Assembly (NCBI GenBank): GCA_049519355.1
Contig: JBEKQV010000002.1
Location: forward strand, 3,479-67,478
DNA: 64,000 bases
Reading direction: 5' to 3'
Source of the DNA: Candidatus Microgenomates bacterium
GTDB taxonomy: Bacteria > Patescibacteriota > Microgenomatia > UBA8517
Shown: piece by piece, positions 22,249 through 32,192 of the stretch
Numbering within the stretch: the first letter of the stretch is position 1
Layout of the letters: each line of letters opens with the position of its first letter
The notes under the pieces: generated by a model
Told to the model about the DNA's origin: nothing
Databases searched by the model: none
What the model saw: only the letters and a program-made list of their open reading frames with translations
Position numbers and translations under genes: made by a program

Positions 22249-22466
22249 TTTTCTAAAAGCTTTTTAACGGCTGCGCTAATCTGAGCGCCCTTTTTTACCC
22301 AAGCATTAACTTTTTCTTTATCAATTTCTTTTATTTTCTTTGCCGGGTTCCATGTTCCCACGAACTCCAAAACTTTTCCCGCGGTCTTTTTTCCGGAATC
22401 AACGGCCACAACCCTGTAAAAAGGTGCCTTTTTTCTGCCGTATCTTGAAAGTCTGATTGTGACCAT
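22245..22466 (-). CDS. rpsP: 30S ribosomal protein S16
   Basis: MVTIRLSRYGRKKAPFYRVVA is the canonical S16 N-terminus. Confidence 0.9.
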   Translation of the reverse strand: MVTIRLSRYGRKKAPFYRVVAVDSGKKTAGKVLEFVGTWNPAKKIKEIDKEKVNAWVKKGAQISAAVKKLLEK

Positions 22467-22473
22467 ATGGGCG

Positions 22474-23145
22474 TTATTTTATCCTTTTTGCCAGCACCTG
22501 TCTAGCGGCTTCCTGTTCGGCGGTACTTTTACTCTTACCTTCGCCTTTGCCCCAGCTCTCGCCGTTAACCACAACTTCTATTACAAATTTTTTATCATGG
22601 TCCGGTCCGGATTCTTCGATAACCTGGTATTTTGGTGTTGAAAAGCCTTTGGATTGAACGAACTCCTGTAGCCTGCTCTTATAATCCTTTAGTGGTTCCG
22701 AAGCTTTTTTGTCGACATCGGAAAGAAGATTTTCCTTGATGAAATCTTCAGCCGGGCCGATTCCCCTATCGATAAAAATTGCGCCAATGACAGCCTCAAC
22801 AGTATCCGCAAGTAAAGATGTGTTTTGTCTACCCCCGCCTTCCTCCTCACCCCGTGAGAGGAAAAGTTCAGGACCCAAATCAAGTTTTTTGGCAATTTCC
22901 GATAAGGCTATTGTATTTACCAAATTTGCACGGAGGGCGGTTAAGTATCCTTCTTCTTTATCGGGGAATTTGTTGTAGATTTCTTTTGAGGTTACATATT
23001 CCAGGATTGCATCTCCTAAAAATTCCAGACGCTCATTTGAGGTTCTGACGCCTTTATGTTCGTTGACCCAAGAGCGATGAGTTAGGGCGTGATCAAGCAG
23101 ACTTTTGTCTTTAAATCCGGTTCTAAGTAATTCTATTTTTTTCAC
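22474..23145 (-). CDS. rnc: ribonuclease III
   Basis: ERLEFLGDAILE RNase III signature plus a C-terminal dsRBD. Confidence 0.9.
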   Translation of the reverse strand: MKKIELLRTGFKDKSLLDHALTHRSWVNEHKGVRTSNERLEFLGDAILEYVTSKEIYNKFPDKEEGYLTALRANLVNTIALSEIAKKLDLGPELFLSRGEEEGGGRQNTSLLADTVEAVIGAIFIDRGIGPAEDFIKENLLSDVDKKASEPLKDYKSRLQEFVQSKGFSTPKYQVIEESGPDHDKKFVIEVVVNGESWGKGEGKSKSTAEQEAARQVLAKRIK

Positions 23146-23384
23146 TGGTGTTCGGTTAACGCTTCTACCAGGTCCAGAAAAGTCTCGGTTTCGGTCAAAT
23201 CAACACTGCTGGCGTCAAGATTCATTCTTGTCAGGATTTCCATAAAATCCGTTAAATCAGTTGCCTTCATATGTAGATCCTCCCTTAAAATTGAATCATC
23301 TTCAACATCCCCCGGTTCGATTCCGAGATAATTTGCCAGCTCACGCCTTACACTTTCTTTGATTTTTTCTAAATCATTATCCAT
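23142..23384 (-). CDS. acyl-carrier-protein-like protein with degenerate phosphopantetheine attachment site
   Basis: 80-aa acidic four-helix-like sequence that aligns to AcpP (EDLHMKATDLTDFMEI against EDLGADSLDTVELVMAL), but the DSL serine is replaced (T/D). Occupies the position acpP has upstream of rnc in many bacteria. Confidence 0.5.
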   Translation of the reverse strand: MDNDLEKIKESVRRELANYLGIEPGDVEDDSILREDLHMKATDLTDFMEILTRMNLDASSVDLTETETFLDLVEALTEHQ

Positions 23385-23739
23385 TTGCTTCTTCGTCCTT
23401 ATATATTGTACCTAAGACACCGTTAATGAAAGAGGAAGACGATTCACTTCCGAACTCTTTGGCAAGTTCCACTGCCTCATCTATTACTACTTTTGGAGGC
23501 GTATCTTCATTTTCAAGTTCGTAAACCGCCAGCCTCAGAACCGCAAGATCGATTTTATTTAGTTTGTCGATGGGCCACTCTGGTGCCGCCTCTCGGATTA
23601 ACTTATCGATTTTATCTTGCTGTTTCAGAATTTTTTGAACAAGTTCGGGGAGGTTTGGTTGAACGGTGAAGGTTTCGGCAAAAAGAGCTTTAACGGCTTC
23701 ACGCCTGCGAAGGTGCCTTGGGTCAGTTGGAGTTTTCAT
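23377..23739 (-). CDS. nusB: transcription antitermination factor NusB
   Basis: RRREAVKALF N-terminus and LAVYEL...KVVIDEAVELAKEFG...FINGVLG, typical of NusB. Confidence 0.85.
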   Translation of the reverse strand: MKTPTDPRHLRRREAVKALFAETFTVQPNLPELVQKILKQQDKIDKLIREAAPEWPIDKLNKIDLAVLRLAVYELENEDTPPKVVIDEAVELAKEFGSESSSSFINGVLGTIYKDEEANG

Positions 23740-23898
23740 TCATTTATAGAACCCGCAATAAGGACAAGCCCTGTGGGATTCTTTGAGTTTTCCACAGTTC
23801 GGGCATTTAACAAGGTTTCCAAGTCTGAGCTTGGGCTGACCCGCGCGCCTCTTGTCGCTTCTGCTTCTTGTGTGTTTTCGTTTAGGTAATGGTGTCAT
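23740..23898 (-). CDS. rpmF: 50S ribosomal protein L32 (not in ORF track, 52 aa)
   Basis: Manual translation of the minus strand gives [52 protein letters not shown]. This is the L32 N-terminus with a CxxC...CxxC zinc ribbon. Confidence 0.8.
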   Translation of the reverse strand: MTPLPKRKHTRSRSDKRRAGQPKLRLGNLVKCPNCGKLKESHRACPYCGFYK

Positions 23899-23968
23899 AC
23901 TTGGTTCTTACTTTTCTTACAGGGGTATTTTACAATAAAATTAGGTTTAAGTGCAATCACATCACCCC

Positions 23969-25969
23969 TTAGACGGTTTCGACCCTTTTTATTTTTAGGA
24001 TTTTTGGATATTTCCCGGGACTGGCTACAATATCTTCCGCCAGATCCTTTGCCTTTTTAATAAGGCTATAGTTATTCCAACTGGCGACTTTGAGCTCAGG
24101 AAATCCGCTTTGGGCCGTGCCGAAAATTTCGCCCGGACCTCTCATCTTGAGATCCAGCTCGGCAAGTTCAAATCCGGAATGCATGGATTCCATTGCCTTA
24201 AGTCTCTGAAACGCGTTGCCTGAATGAAAGTTTGAAAAAAGTAAACAATAAGACTTTTGTTCCCCGCGTCCGACCCTTCCCCGTAGCTGGTGGAGCTGTG
24301 CCAGTCCAAATCTTTCCGCAGCTTCGATTACCATAATTGTTGCTCCGGGAATATCAATTCCAACCTCAACTACCGGGGTGGAAACAAGGATTTGAATTTT
24401 TCCGTCGCGGAACGCATTTAATATTTTCTCTTTTTCGGTGTGGTTAAGCCTTCCGTGAAGGAGCCCGACTTTTTGTCCGGAAAATATTTTCTTAATTTTT
24501 ATAAACTCGGTTGTGACGGCTTTAACATCCTGGAGAGTTTCAGTGTCCGACTCTTCGATAAGCGGGCAGATGATAAAGGCTTGTGAATTTTTGCCGGTAA
24601 TTTGTGACATTATCCAGCCATATGCACCTTCTCTTTTTTGATTGGGAACAACCCAGGTTGTAATTTTTTGCCTGCCTTCCGGCATTTCCGTCAGAACCGA
24701 TAAATCAAGATCGCCATAAGAAGTTAAAGCAATCGTCCTCGGAATTGGGGTTGCCGTCATTGTCAGAACGTGGGGAGTACCCGATTTTTTTACAAGATGT
24801 TTCCTCTGTTCAACCCCAAATCTATGTTGCTCATCAATCACTACCAAAGCAACTTTTTTGAAATCAATTTTGCTGTGGATAAGAGCATGGGTGCCGACAA
24901 AAATGTCACTTCTGCCGATTTCTATCTTTTTTGATGTTGAGGTTATTAAAGAAACTCTAACTTTATATATTCCAAGCAGCGAATTTAAAGTTTTATAATG
25001 CTGTTCGGCAAGAATTTGCGTCGGCGCCATAATTACGGTTTGGAAACCGTTTGCAAAGACGGCAAACGCTCCCGCCGCCGCGACAACGGTTTTTCCCGAT
25101 CCGACATCTCCTTCAAGAAGGCGGTTCATCGGATAATTTTTCGACAAATCTTTGAGAATTTCATCAACCGCCAGTTGTTGTGATTTTGTAAGTTTGAAAG
25201 GAAGCGTTTCAATAAACTTTCCGACTTGGGACTTATTAATTTTCAGCTTGTTTGCGACGGTGCTCTTCTTCCAGTTAATCTTTCTATGCAGACTTCTCAG
25301 TTCAAGCGAAAGCAGTTCGTTAAATGCCAACCTTTCTCTCCCCTCGTCCGCCTCCTCCAAATTTTTGGGAAAGTGGACAAACTTAATCGCATTTTTTAAG
25401 CCGGTGAGTTTAAGTTTAATAAGAATGTTTTCGGGTAGATAATCATCAATCGTTACGCCTTGAAAAGCGTCTTTAATTTTTGTTCTTATCCATTTTGAAG
25501 AAAGGCCCGCAGTTTCGGGATAAATAGGTACAAATCTACCGGTATGAACAGTGGGTTTATCGACATCGGTTAGAATTTCATAATCGGGTGAAGTAAGGCA
25601 GAGTTTGCGGTTGAAAAAACCGACCTTTCCGGAAAGAGAGACTGTTCTTCCAGGATAAAGAGTTCTGATTAAGAATGGCTGGTTAAACCAGACAACAGTA
25701 ATTTTCCCGGTGGAGTCTTCGACCGCACCGATCTGCATTCTAAGTCCACGTTTTGAATAAATATTTTTAAGTGACACTACCTGTGCATGAATCGTGGCCG
25801 TTTCGTCGGGATTAAGTTTTGAAATAGTGGTAACTAAAGAGTAATCGAGGTACCGGCTCGGAACATGGTAAAAGAGATCTTCAATGGTATTTATTCCCAG
25901 TTTCTCAAATTTCAGCCCGAAAATCGGACCTATTTTGGGTAGGTCGGTTATTGAAGAAGTTAAATCCAT
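23969..25969 (-). CDS. recG: ATP-dependent DNA helicase RecG
   Basis: 666 aa with a wedge domain, Walker A GDVGSGKT, DEQHRFG, and helicase motifs. Confidence 0.9.
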   Translation of the reverse strand: MDLTSSITDLPKIGPIFGLKFEKLGINTIEDLFYHVPSRYLDYSLVTTISKLNPDETATIHAQVVSLKNIYSKRGLRMQIGAVEDSTGKITVVWFNQPFLIRTLYPGRTVSLSGKVGFFNRKLCLTSPDYEILTDVDKPTVHTGRFVPIYPETAGLSSKWIRTKIKDAFQGVTIDDYLPENILIKLKLTGLKNAIKFVHFPKNLEEADEGRERLAFNELLSLELRSLHRKINWKKSTVANKLKINKSQVGKFIETLPFKLTKSQQLAVDEILKDLSKNYPMNRLLEGDVGSGKTVVAAAGAFAVFANGFQTVIMAPTQILAEQHYKTLNSLLGIYKVRVSLITSTSKKIEIGRSDIFVGTHALIHSKIDFKKVALVVIDEQHRFGVEQRKHLVKKSGTPHVLTMTATPIPRTIALTSYGDLDLSVLTEMPEGRQKITTWVVPNQKREGAYGWIMSQITGKNSQAFIICPLIEESDTETLQDVKAVTTEFIKIKKIFSGQKVGLLHGRLNHTEKEKILNAFRDGKIQILVSTPVVEVGIDIPGATIMVIEAAERFGLAQLHQLRGRVGRGEQKSYCLLFSNFHSGNAFQRLKAMESMHSGFELAELDLKMRGPGEIFGTAQSGFPELKVASWNNYSLIKKAKDLAEDIVASPGKYPKILKIKRVETV

Positions 25970-26079
25970 TCCCTGATATTATCGCGTGTAGATGATATAA
26001 GGCAAGACGGCACCAAGAAGAAGTGCCAGTGAGGCGATTATGGTGACTATTACAAATATTTTTTTGCCTTTTTTACCAA

Positions 26080-27270
26080 TCATTTTGCTACTTTTAGAAA
26101 AGTCCTGTCGCCAACCTTTATCTTATCATTGATTTTTAGTTTATAGTTCGGGTCGGAAACGGTTTCCCCGTTCACATCCACCGCCTTTTGTTTGATGAGT
26201 TCTTTGGCATTGCTCATGCTGTTTCTGGGTGTGAAGGGAATGATGGTTTTTGCCAATGAATCTTCGAGGGATACTTTAATATTAAATTCGGGGGCTCTTT
26301 CCTGAAAAGTATGCTCGAACGATTTTTCGGCATCTTTTGCTTTAGCTTCCCCCCACAAAAGTTTTACAACCTCAAAAGCCAAATATTTTTTCTGTTCCAT
26401 TGGATTTTCTTTAATTTTTCCTTTAATTCCCTCAAGCGGAACTTCGGTCAGAAGTTCAAATCCAAGTTCAATTACGCTGTCCGGGAACGACATAATCCCG
26501 GCGTAAAAGTTTTCTGGGGTAGAATCTAAAAATAGAGCATTTCCTGTGGTTTTGCCCACTTTCTTTCCTTCAGCGTCAACCAAAAGTTTAGTTGTCAGAA
26601 CATATTTTTCCTTATTTTTTACGGCCTTCATAAGGGTTCTTCCGGCCATCATATTGAAGAGCTGATCGTTTCCCCCGATTTCCAAATCAACATCCATCAT
26701 TACTGAATCTTCAGCCTGAGCGACAGGATATAAAAATTCATGAAGATAAATCGGTTCGTTCTTTTTAAGTCGTTCCTGGAACATGTCTCGTTCGATCATT
26801 TGCTGGACGGTGAAATTTGAAGTTATTCCTATAAGTTCCTTGAATGTGATTTTATCCGACCAATCCGAGTTAAACATTATCTTTGCGGCATTTGGTCCTT
26901 CAAAATCGAGAACTTTTCCAGCTTGTTCCTTCCATGATTTTGCGTTTGCCAAAACCTGTTCGCGTGTCAATTTTGGCCGTGTTGCAAGTTTGTCTGTAGG
27001 GTCCCCAATCATTCCCGTAAAATCCCCGACCAAAAAGATCACTTCGTGCCCGAGCTTTTGAAATTGCCGGAGTTTCATTAAACCCACGAAGTTTCCAAGA
27101 TGAAGACTGGGCATTGAAGGATCAAACCCCTGATAAAGTTTAATTTTGCGTTTAGCCATTAAATCAGCTAAGAGTTTCTTATCAGGTAAAACTTGTTGGA
27201 CTCCTCTTGTCAAAGCTTCTTCAATTTTGTTCATATTTTTAATTCTAAGCCTGTTTTGATACAATGACAA
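26080..27270 (-). CDS. tyrS: tyrosine--tRNA ligase
   Basis: HLGN (HIGH-type) and KVGKT (KMSKS-type) motifs, plus a C-terminal S4-like domain. The real start may be the internal Met at 27234. Confidence 0.9.
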   Translation of the reverse strand: MSLYQNRLRIKNMNKIEEALTRGVQQVLPDKKLLADLMAKRKIKLYQGFDPSMPSLHLGNFVGLMKLRQFQKLGHEVIFLVGDFTGMIGDPTDKLATRPKLTREQVLANAKSWKEQAGKVLDFEGPNAAKIMFNSDWSDKITFKELIGITSNFTVQQMIERDMFQERLKKNEPIYLHEFLYPVAQAEDSVMMDVDLEIGGNDQLFNMMAGRTLMKAVKNKEKYVLTTKLLVDAEGKKVGKTTGNALFLDSTPENFYAGIMSFPDSVIELGFELLTEVPLEGIKGKIKENPMEQKKYLAFEVVKLLWGEAKAKDAEKSFEHTFQERAPEFNIKVSLEDSLAKTIIPFTPRNSMSNAKELIKQKAVDVNGETVSDPNYKLKINDKIKVGDRTFLKVAK

Positions 27271-27276
27271 GGAATA

Positions 27277-29847
27277 ATGTGGAGAGACCGAATTCGATAT
27301 AGACAGTCATTGAGCCGGAGCCGGAAGCTGGTAAAGTTTGCAAAAATTGCTTTTTTTGCCGCCATCGGTTTTTTTATATTTCTTTTTTTTGTTTTACCTC
27401 TTATGGCTTTCAATCTTCCCTCTCCGGATAAGATTGTCAGAACCACGGGATTTTCCACTAAAATTTTAGATAGAAACGGCAATCTTCTTTATGACATTTA
27501 CGCCAATCAAAATAGGACACCGGAGCAGCTCTCCGATATTCCCGTCTATCTTAGACAAGCCACCATTTCTATTGAAGATAAAAATTTTTATTCTCACCAG
27601 GGTTTCGATCCATTGGGAATGCTTAGGGGTTTTCTTAAAATTTTTACAACCGGCCGCGCGGAAGGCGGCTCGACACTTACCCAACAGCTTGTAAAAAATA
27701 CTCTTTTGACAAATGACAGAACGTTAATCCGGAAAGTTGAAGAACTTGTCTTAGCAATTCAAATTGAAAAGAAATATTCAAAAGACCAAATTCTCCAAAT
27801 GTACCTTAACGAAGTTCCGTATGGGGGAACATCATGGGGCGTCGGGGCTGCGGCGGAAACTTATTTCGGTAAAGATGTAAAAGATTTGGACCTGGTTGAG
27901 TGTGCAATTCTGGCCGGAATGCCGCAAGCCCCTTCAACTTATTCTCCATATTCATCGACTCCGACGGCTTATATTCAAAGAACCAAAGATGTACTCCGTC
28001 AAATGCAGGCTAACGGATATATAACGAAAGCTCAGGAGACAGCTGCCGATTCGGAACTTGCCAATGTTCAATTCCAACCAAAAGGTGCGAGTCTTAATGC
28101 CCCCCATTTTGTTCAGTATGTTGAGCAAATTCTTGAACAAAGATATGGACAAGCCGCTGTTGAACAGGGTGGTTTGACCGTAACGACCACTTTGGATCTT
28201 AACCTCCAGAACCAAGCTCAACAGATAGTAACCGATGAAATAGCAAAGGTTGAAAATCAGCACATAACCAACGGAGCCGCAATCGTAATCGACCCCGAGA
28301 CAGGCGAAATATTGGCGATGGTGGGTTCCAAAGATTTTAATGCAACCGATTATGACGGTCAGGTTAATGTAACCACTGCTCTCAGACAGCCGGGAAGCTC
28401 TTTCAAGCCTTTTACTTATGTTACAGCCATTAAAGAAGGATACACGGCGGCAACGCTTTTAATGGATGTACCTACAACATTCCCAGGTGGAGCCAACAAT
28501 CCCGATTATCAACCAGTAAATTACGACGGAAAATTTGTTGGTCCGATACAAGTTAGATACGCGTTGGCGAATTCAAGGAACATTCCCGCAGTAAAAATGC
28601 TGGCCATGGTTGGAATTAAAAACGTTCTTCAGACGGCTACCGATATGGGGATTACCACTCTTCCTCCGACACAGGATACTCTAAACAACGTAGGTCTTTC
28701 GCTAACTTTAGGCGGAGGATCTGTACGTCTCATCGATATGGCGTCGGCTTATTCAGCGTTTGTGAACAGCGGGCAAAGGGTTGACCCGGTGGCAATTTTA
28801 CAAGTTACGGATGTAAACGGTAAAGTCCTGGAGGACGATCACCCGCAAAAAGGCAAACAGGTAATTACACCTGAACAGGCTTTTTTAATCGACAATATTC
28901 TCTCCGATAATGCCGCAAGAACACCTGAGTTCGGGGCAAATTCTTATTTGAATGTGCCGGGATACAACGTTATGGTCAAAACAGGCACGACAAATGACAA
29001 GAGAGATAACTGGACAATCGGCGGAAACGATAACGCAATGGTTGGGGTTTGGGTTGGAAATAATGACAACTCTCCGATGCTCAATGTTGCCTCGGGAATT
29101 TCAGGAGCCTCGCCTATTTGGCACCAAATTGTTCTTCAAGTGTTAAAGGGAAAGCCGCAAGCGAGCTTTACTCCCCCGTCGGATATTATAACTGCACAGG
29201 TAGATACAATTTCGGGTTATGCTGCACACGACAGTTTCCCGTCCCGTCAAGAATATTTTATAAAAGGTACGGAGCCTGTTGGGGCGGATCCGACACATGT
29301 ACTTCTTAGACTTTGCAATGCTGACGGGAAATTGGCAAACCCAAGTGATATTTCCTCGAATAATTTTCATACCCAGGAATTCTTTATATTCAAAGAAAAA
29401 GATCCGACAGCTGCTCCCGGCGGACCTAACCAATGGCAGGCCGGAATTGACAGTTGGGTAAGTGGGCAAAGTGACCCGAGATATCATCCGCCGACGGATT
29501 ATTGCGGGTCTGGAAATCCGCTGGATGTTGAATTTACCAATCCGCATGATCAGGACTCGAATCTCAATGGAAATTTTTCGGCCACGTTTACCGCTAATTC
29601 CAACTCGTCGATAACGGAGGCCGATCTGCAGGTCAATGGTTCGACTAAATGTTCATTTAATAATGGTGCAAATAGTTATAAATGTGATCTGAACGGGCTT
29701 TCAACAGGAGTTTACACTTTGCAGGCAGATGCGACCGATGCCGGGAATCATCAGGCCAGTAGAACAATTACGATTGCCGTCGGAGAAGCAATACCCACTC
29801 CTACCCCAAGCCCGACTCCAACACCGACTCCCACCGCCACCCCTTGA
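27277..29847 (+). CDS. class A penicillin-binding protein (bifunctional transglycosylase/transpeptidase) with C-terminal extension
   Basis: GT51 motifs (EDKNFYSHQGFD, GGSTLTQQ), transpeptidase SxxK (SSFKP) and KTGT, and a C-terminal Ig-like/PT-linker tail. Confidence 0.9.
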   Translation: MWRDRIRYRQSLSRSRKLVKFAKIAFFAAIGFFIFLFFVLPLMAFNLPSPDKIVRTTGFSTKILDRNGNLLYDIYANQNRTPEQLSDIPVYLRQATISIEDKNFYSHQGFDPLGMLRGFLKIFTTGRAEGGSTLTQQLVKNTLLTNDRTLIRKVEELVLAIQIEKKYSKDQILQMYLNEVPYGGTSWGVGAAAETYFGKDVKDLDLVECAILAGMPQAPSTYSPYSSTPTAYIQRTKDVLRQMQANGYITKAQETAADSELANVQFQPKGASLNAPHFVQYVEQILEQRYGQAAVEQGGLTVTTTLDLNLQNQAQQIVTDEIAKVENQHITNGAAIVIDPETGEILAMVGSKDFNATDYDGQVNVTTALRQPGSSFKPFTYVTAIKEGYTAATLLMDVPTTFPGGANNPDYQPVNYDGKFVGPIQVRYALANSRNIPAVKMLAMVGIKNVLQTATDMGITTLPPTQDTLNNVGLSLTLGGGSVRLIDMASAYSAFVNSGQRVDPVAILQVTDVNGKVLEDDHPQKGKQVITPEQAFLIDNILSDNAARTPEFGANSYLNVPGYNVMVKTGTTNDKRDNWTIGGNDNAMVGVWVGNNDNSPMLNVASGISGASPIWHQIVLQVLKGKPQASFTPPSDIITAQVDTISGYAAHDSFPSRQEYFIKGTEPVGADPTHVLLRLCNADGKLANPSDISSNNFHTQEFFIFKEKDPTAAPGGPNQWQAGIDSWVSGQSDPRYHPPTDYCGSGNPLDVEFTNPHDQDSNLNGNFSATFTANSNSSITEADLQVNGSTKCSFNNGANSYKCDLNGLSTGVYTLQADATDAGNHQASRTITIAVGEAIPTPTPSPTPTPTPTATP

Positions 29848-29873
29848 CTTTGGTCTAAAATTCCTTAAACTGC

Positions 29874-30230
29874 GTGAGAAGCGAAGACATGGTCGAACAC
29901 GATCACATAGCAAAAGATATTACGGTTGCCGTCATAAAAACCACGGATATTGATTTCCAAAATCCTGAAGATCCGGTTGTAGAATTTATGGAAAACCTGG
30001 AAAATTCTGAGGCTCGATTAGGAGAGGTCGTAAGTTGGCGTGTATCCCACGGTAAGAGAAGAAAAATATCAAATATGAATATAGTTAGGCGGCAGCGTGC
30101 ATCTCAACTTCGGGCGACAAAGGATGCCTTGGATATTTTAAGGCAACACAGTTTTTCCGAAGCGACTTTTTTCAAAAACGAGCAGGGTAAAATTATCGGT
30201 TTTAAAGTTGATCAGGATTCGCAACATTAG
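29874..30230 (+). CDS. hypothetical protein
   Basis: 118-aa ORF with no recognisable family. Its end overlaps the pheT stop. Confidence 0.3.
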   Translation: MRSEDMVEHDHIAKDITVAVIKTTDIDFQNPEDPVVEFMENLENSEARLGEVVSWRVSHGKRRKISNMNIVRRQRASQLRATKDALDILRQHSFSEATFFKNEQGKIIGFKVDQDSQH

Positions 30231-32182
30231 TTTTTGAGAGCCCCTCCAAATTTTTGTTTAATTTCACCAAGCAGCAACTTTCTTATTATCTCAACGTCTT
30301 CATCCGTTAAGGTTTTTTCCGGATTGTGATACCAAACTCTAAAGGTATAAGAATTTTCGTAAACTCCGGTTAGAGTTACATTAAGAATATTTTTTACCGA
30401 TTTGATGGATTCAACCACTTCCCCCAACTTGGTTCTTTCCGGAAGAATTAAAGTAATGTCTTCAATTTGGGCCGGGTATTTTGAAATTTGTTTATATGCA
30501 ATTACTTTGGGCGAAATCTCGGCCAATTTGTTTATATTAAATTCATAATATACAAAATCTGTACCTTCCGGAATCCCGATTTTTCCTATCACTTCACTTC
30601 CTGATTTAATAAGGGCGCATTTACTTGCAGCAAAACCTTTCTCGTCCAGCGGTTCAAAAGCAACTTGAATATGCAGCTTATCGGTAAGCGCCTCTATTAC
30701 GCCTTTTGCTTCTCTATAAGGGTACCCCGAAAAAACACCGGCCAAGGTTAAAATCTCGTTAGGTAAATCATTGATCTTGCGCAAATAGATATTTGCCATT
30801 TCGAAAAGATGAAACCTTTCTTTGGCACCTGAGTTTTGGGAGACCGAGGTAATAATCGAAGGCATTAGAGAGGTCCGTAAATATTCGCTTTCGGTTCCGA
30901 GCGGGTTTTTTAGTTTAAGAGCTTTCTCGTCTACATATTCTTCGGGGACCAAAGATAATGTATAGATTTCCGTTCCTCCCCAGCCGGTAAGCAATTGTTT
31001 TAAATTAAGTTCAAAGTCAAACTCGGGATTAATGGGTCGAACCGGAACCGGTCCTTCCATAATTTTGCTTGGCAGATTATGGTATCCGTAGATTCTTGCA
31101 ATTTCCTCAAGTATATCTTCACCTGATTCAACGTCTTTTGCCCTGAATGACGGCACGTTTACACTAAGCGTATTTCCACTCCAGTTGCATTCAAACTCTA
31201 AACTTCTTAAATAAGCCGTAATATCTTTTTTGGAGACTGCAACTCCAAGCCTTTCTTCAATAAAACCTAAATCTATTTTTACTGTTTTTGTTTTATAGGG
31301 ATTGGGATAAATATCAATAATATTTTTTTCCGGAATTCCGCCTGTCAATTTTTTGAATAAATCTATCGCCGCCAGCATTGCAGGACCAACAAGCTCGGTA
31401 TCCGTTCCTTTTTCGAAGATAGTTGCAGCTGCTGTTCTTTGAGCCAGAGCCATTGAAGTTTTCCTTATTGTCACTGGATTATATGTTTGAACAAATAGAA
31501 GAACATTTTTTGTATTGTTATCGATTGCACTCAAGTTTCCTCCCATTATTCCCGCCAAATCGATAATCCTTCCGTCGCCGTCTTCAATTACAATATCTTC
31601 TCCGGGAAGAATAAATTCCTTTCCGTCCAATGTTTTTACCGTTTCTCCTTTTTTACTTTCTCTAAGAATCATTTTTGCACCTTTGATTTTGTCGTAATCA
31701 AAAGTGTGTACCGGTTGTCCCAACGCCAACATTATGTAGTTGCTGATATCGATTACATTATTAATGCCTCTAAGTCCCGACGATTCCAGCTTTAGCTGTA
31801 TTGGGTAAGGTGAATCGGAAATTTTTACGTTTTTGATAAGTACTGCCGTAAATCTTTGACATAGTTTTGTGTCTACAATTGGTTTTATATAATTTACATT
31901 TTTTACGAAATTAAATTCGGCGGATGCGGATTTAATGGGCTTTAGTTTTGCTTTTATTCCGAATCTGGGTAAGATCACTGACGCCTCGCGGGCAATTCCG
32001 TAAACCGATGCAGAATCAACCCTATTGGTTGTAACCTCGATATCGTAAACAAAGTCTTTGTCGAACTTTTCAATTCTTTCAACGGAAGGACCGCAAAGCG
32101 ACAGGTATTTGGCCAGCGCTTGGGGTTTGGCCGATGTAGTTAGATATTCTCTTAGCCAGGAATTGGGAATTTTTATATCCAT
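30227..32182 (-). CDS. pheT: phenylalanine--tRNA ligase beta subunit (short form)
   Basis: 651 aa with B3/B4 and B5 domains and a C-terminal anticodon-binding-like domain. Immediately downstream of pheS. Confidence 0.9.
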   Translation of the reverse strand: MDIKIPNSWLREYLTTSAKPQALAKYLSLCGPSVERIEKFDKDFVYDIEVTTNRVDSASVYGIAREASVILPRFGIKAKLKPIKSASAEFNFVKNVNYIKPIVDTKLCQRFTAVLIKNVKISDSPYPIQLKLESSGLRGINNVIDISNYIMLALGQPVHTFDYDKIKGAKMILRESKKGETVKTLDGKEFILPGEDIVIEDGDGRIIDLAGIMGGNLSAIDNNTKNVLLFVQTYNPVTIRKTSMALAQRTAAATIFEKGTDTELVGPAMLAAIDLFKKLTGGIPEKNIIDIYPNPYKTKTVKIDLGFIEERLGVAVSKKDITAYLRSLEFECNWSGNTLSVNVPSFRAKDVESGEDILEEIARIYGYHNLPSKIMEGPVPVRPINPEFDFELNLKQLLTGWGGTEIYTLSLVPEEYVDEKALKLKNPLGTESEYLRTSLMPSIITSVSQNSGAKERFHLFEMANIYLRKINDLPNEILTLAGVFSGYPYREAKGVIEALTDKLHIQVAFEPLDEKGFAASKCALIKSGSEVIGKIGIPEGTDFVYYEFNINKLAEISPKVIAYKQISKYPAQIEDITLILPERTKLGEVVESIKSVKNILNVTLTGVYENSYTFRVWYHNPEKTLTDEDVEIIRKLLLGEIKQKFGGALKN

Positions 32183-32192
32183 AATTTAATAA

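Noticed and set aside
29785-29847. PTPTPSPTPTPTPTATP repeat at the PBP C-terminus (and a similar run at 43680-43760)
   Set aside because: These are low-complexity interdomain linkers, not DNA-level repeats of regulatory or mobile significance.
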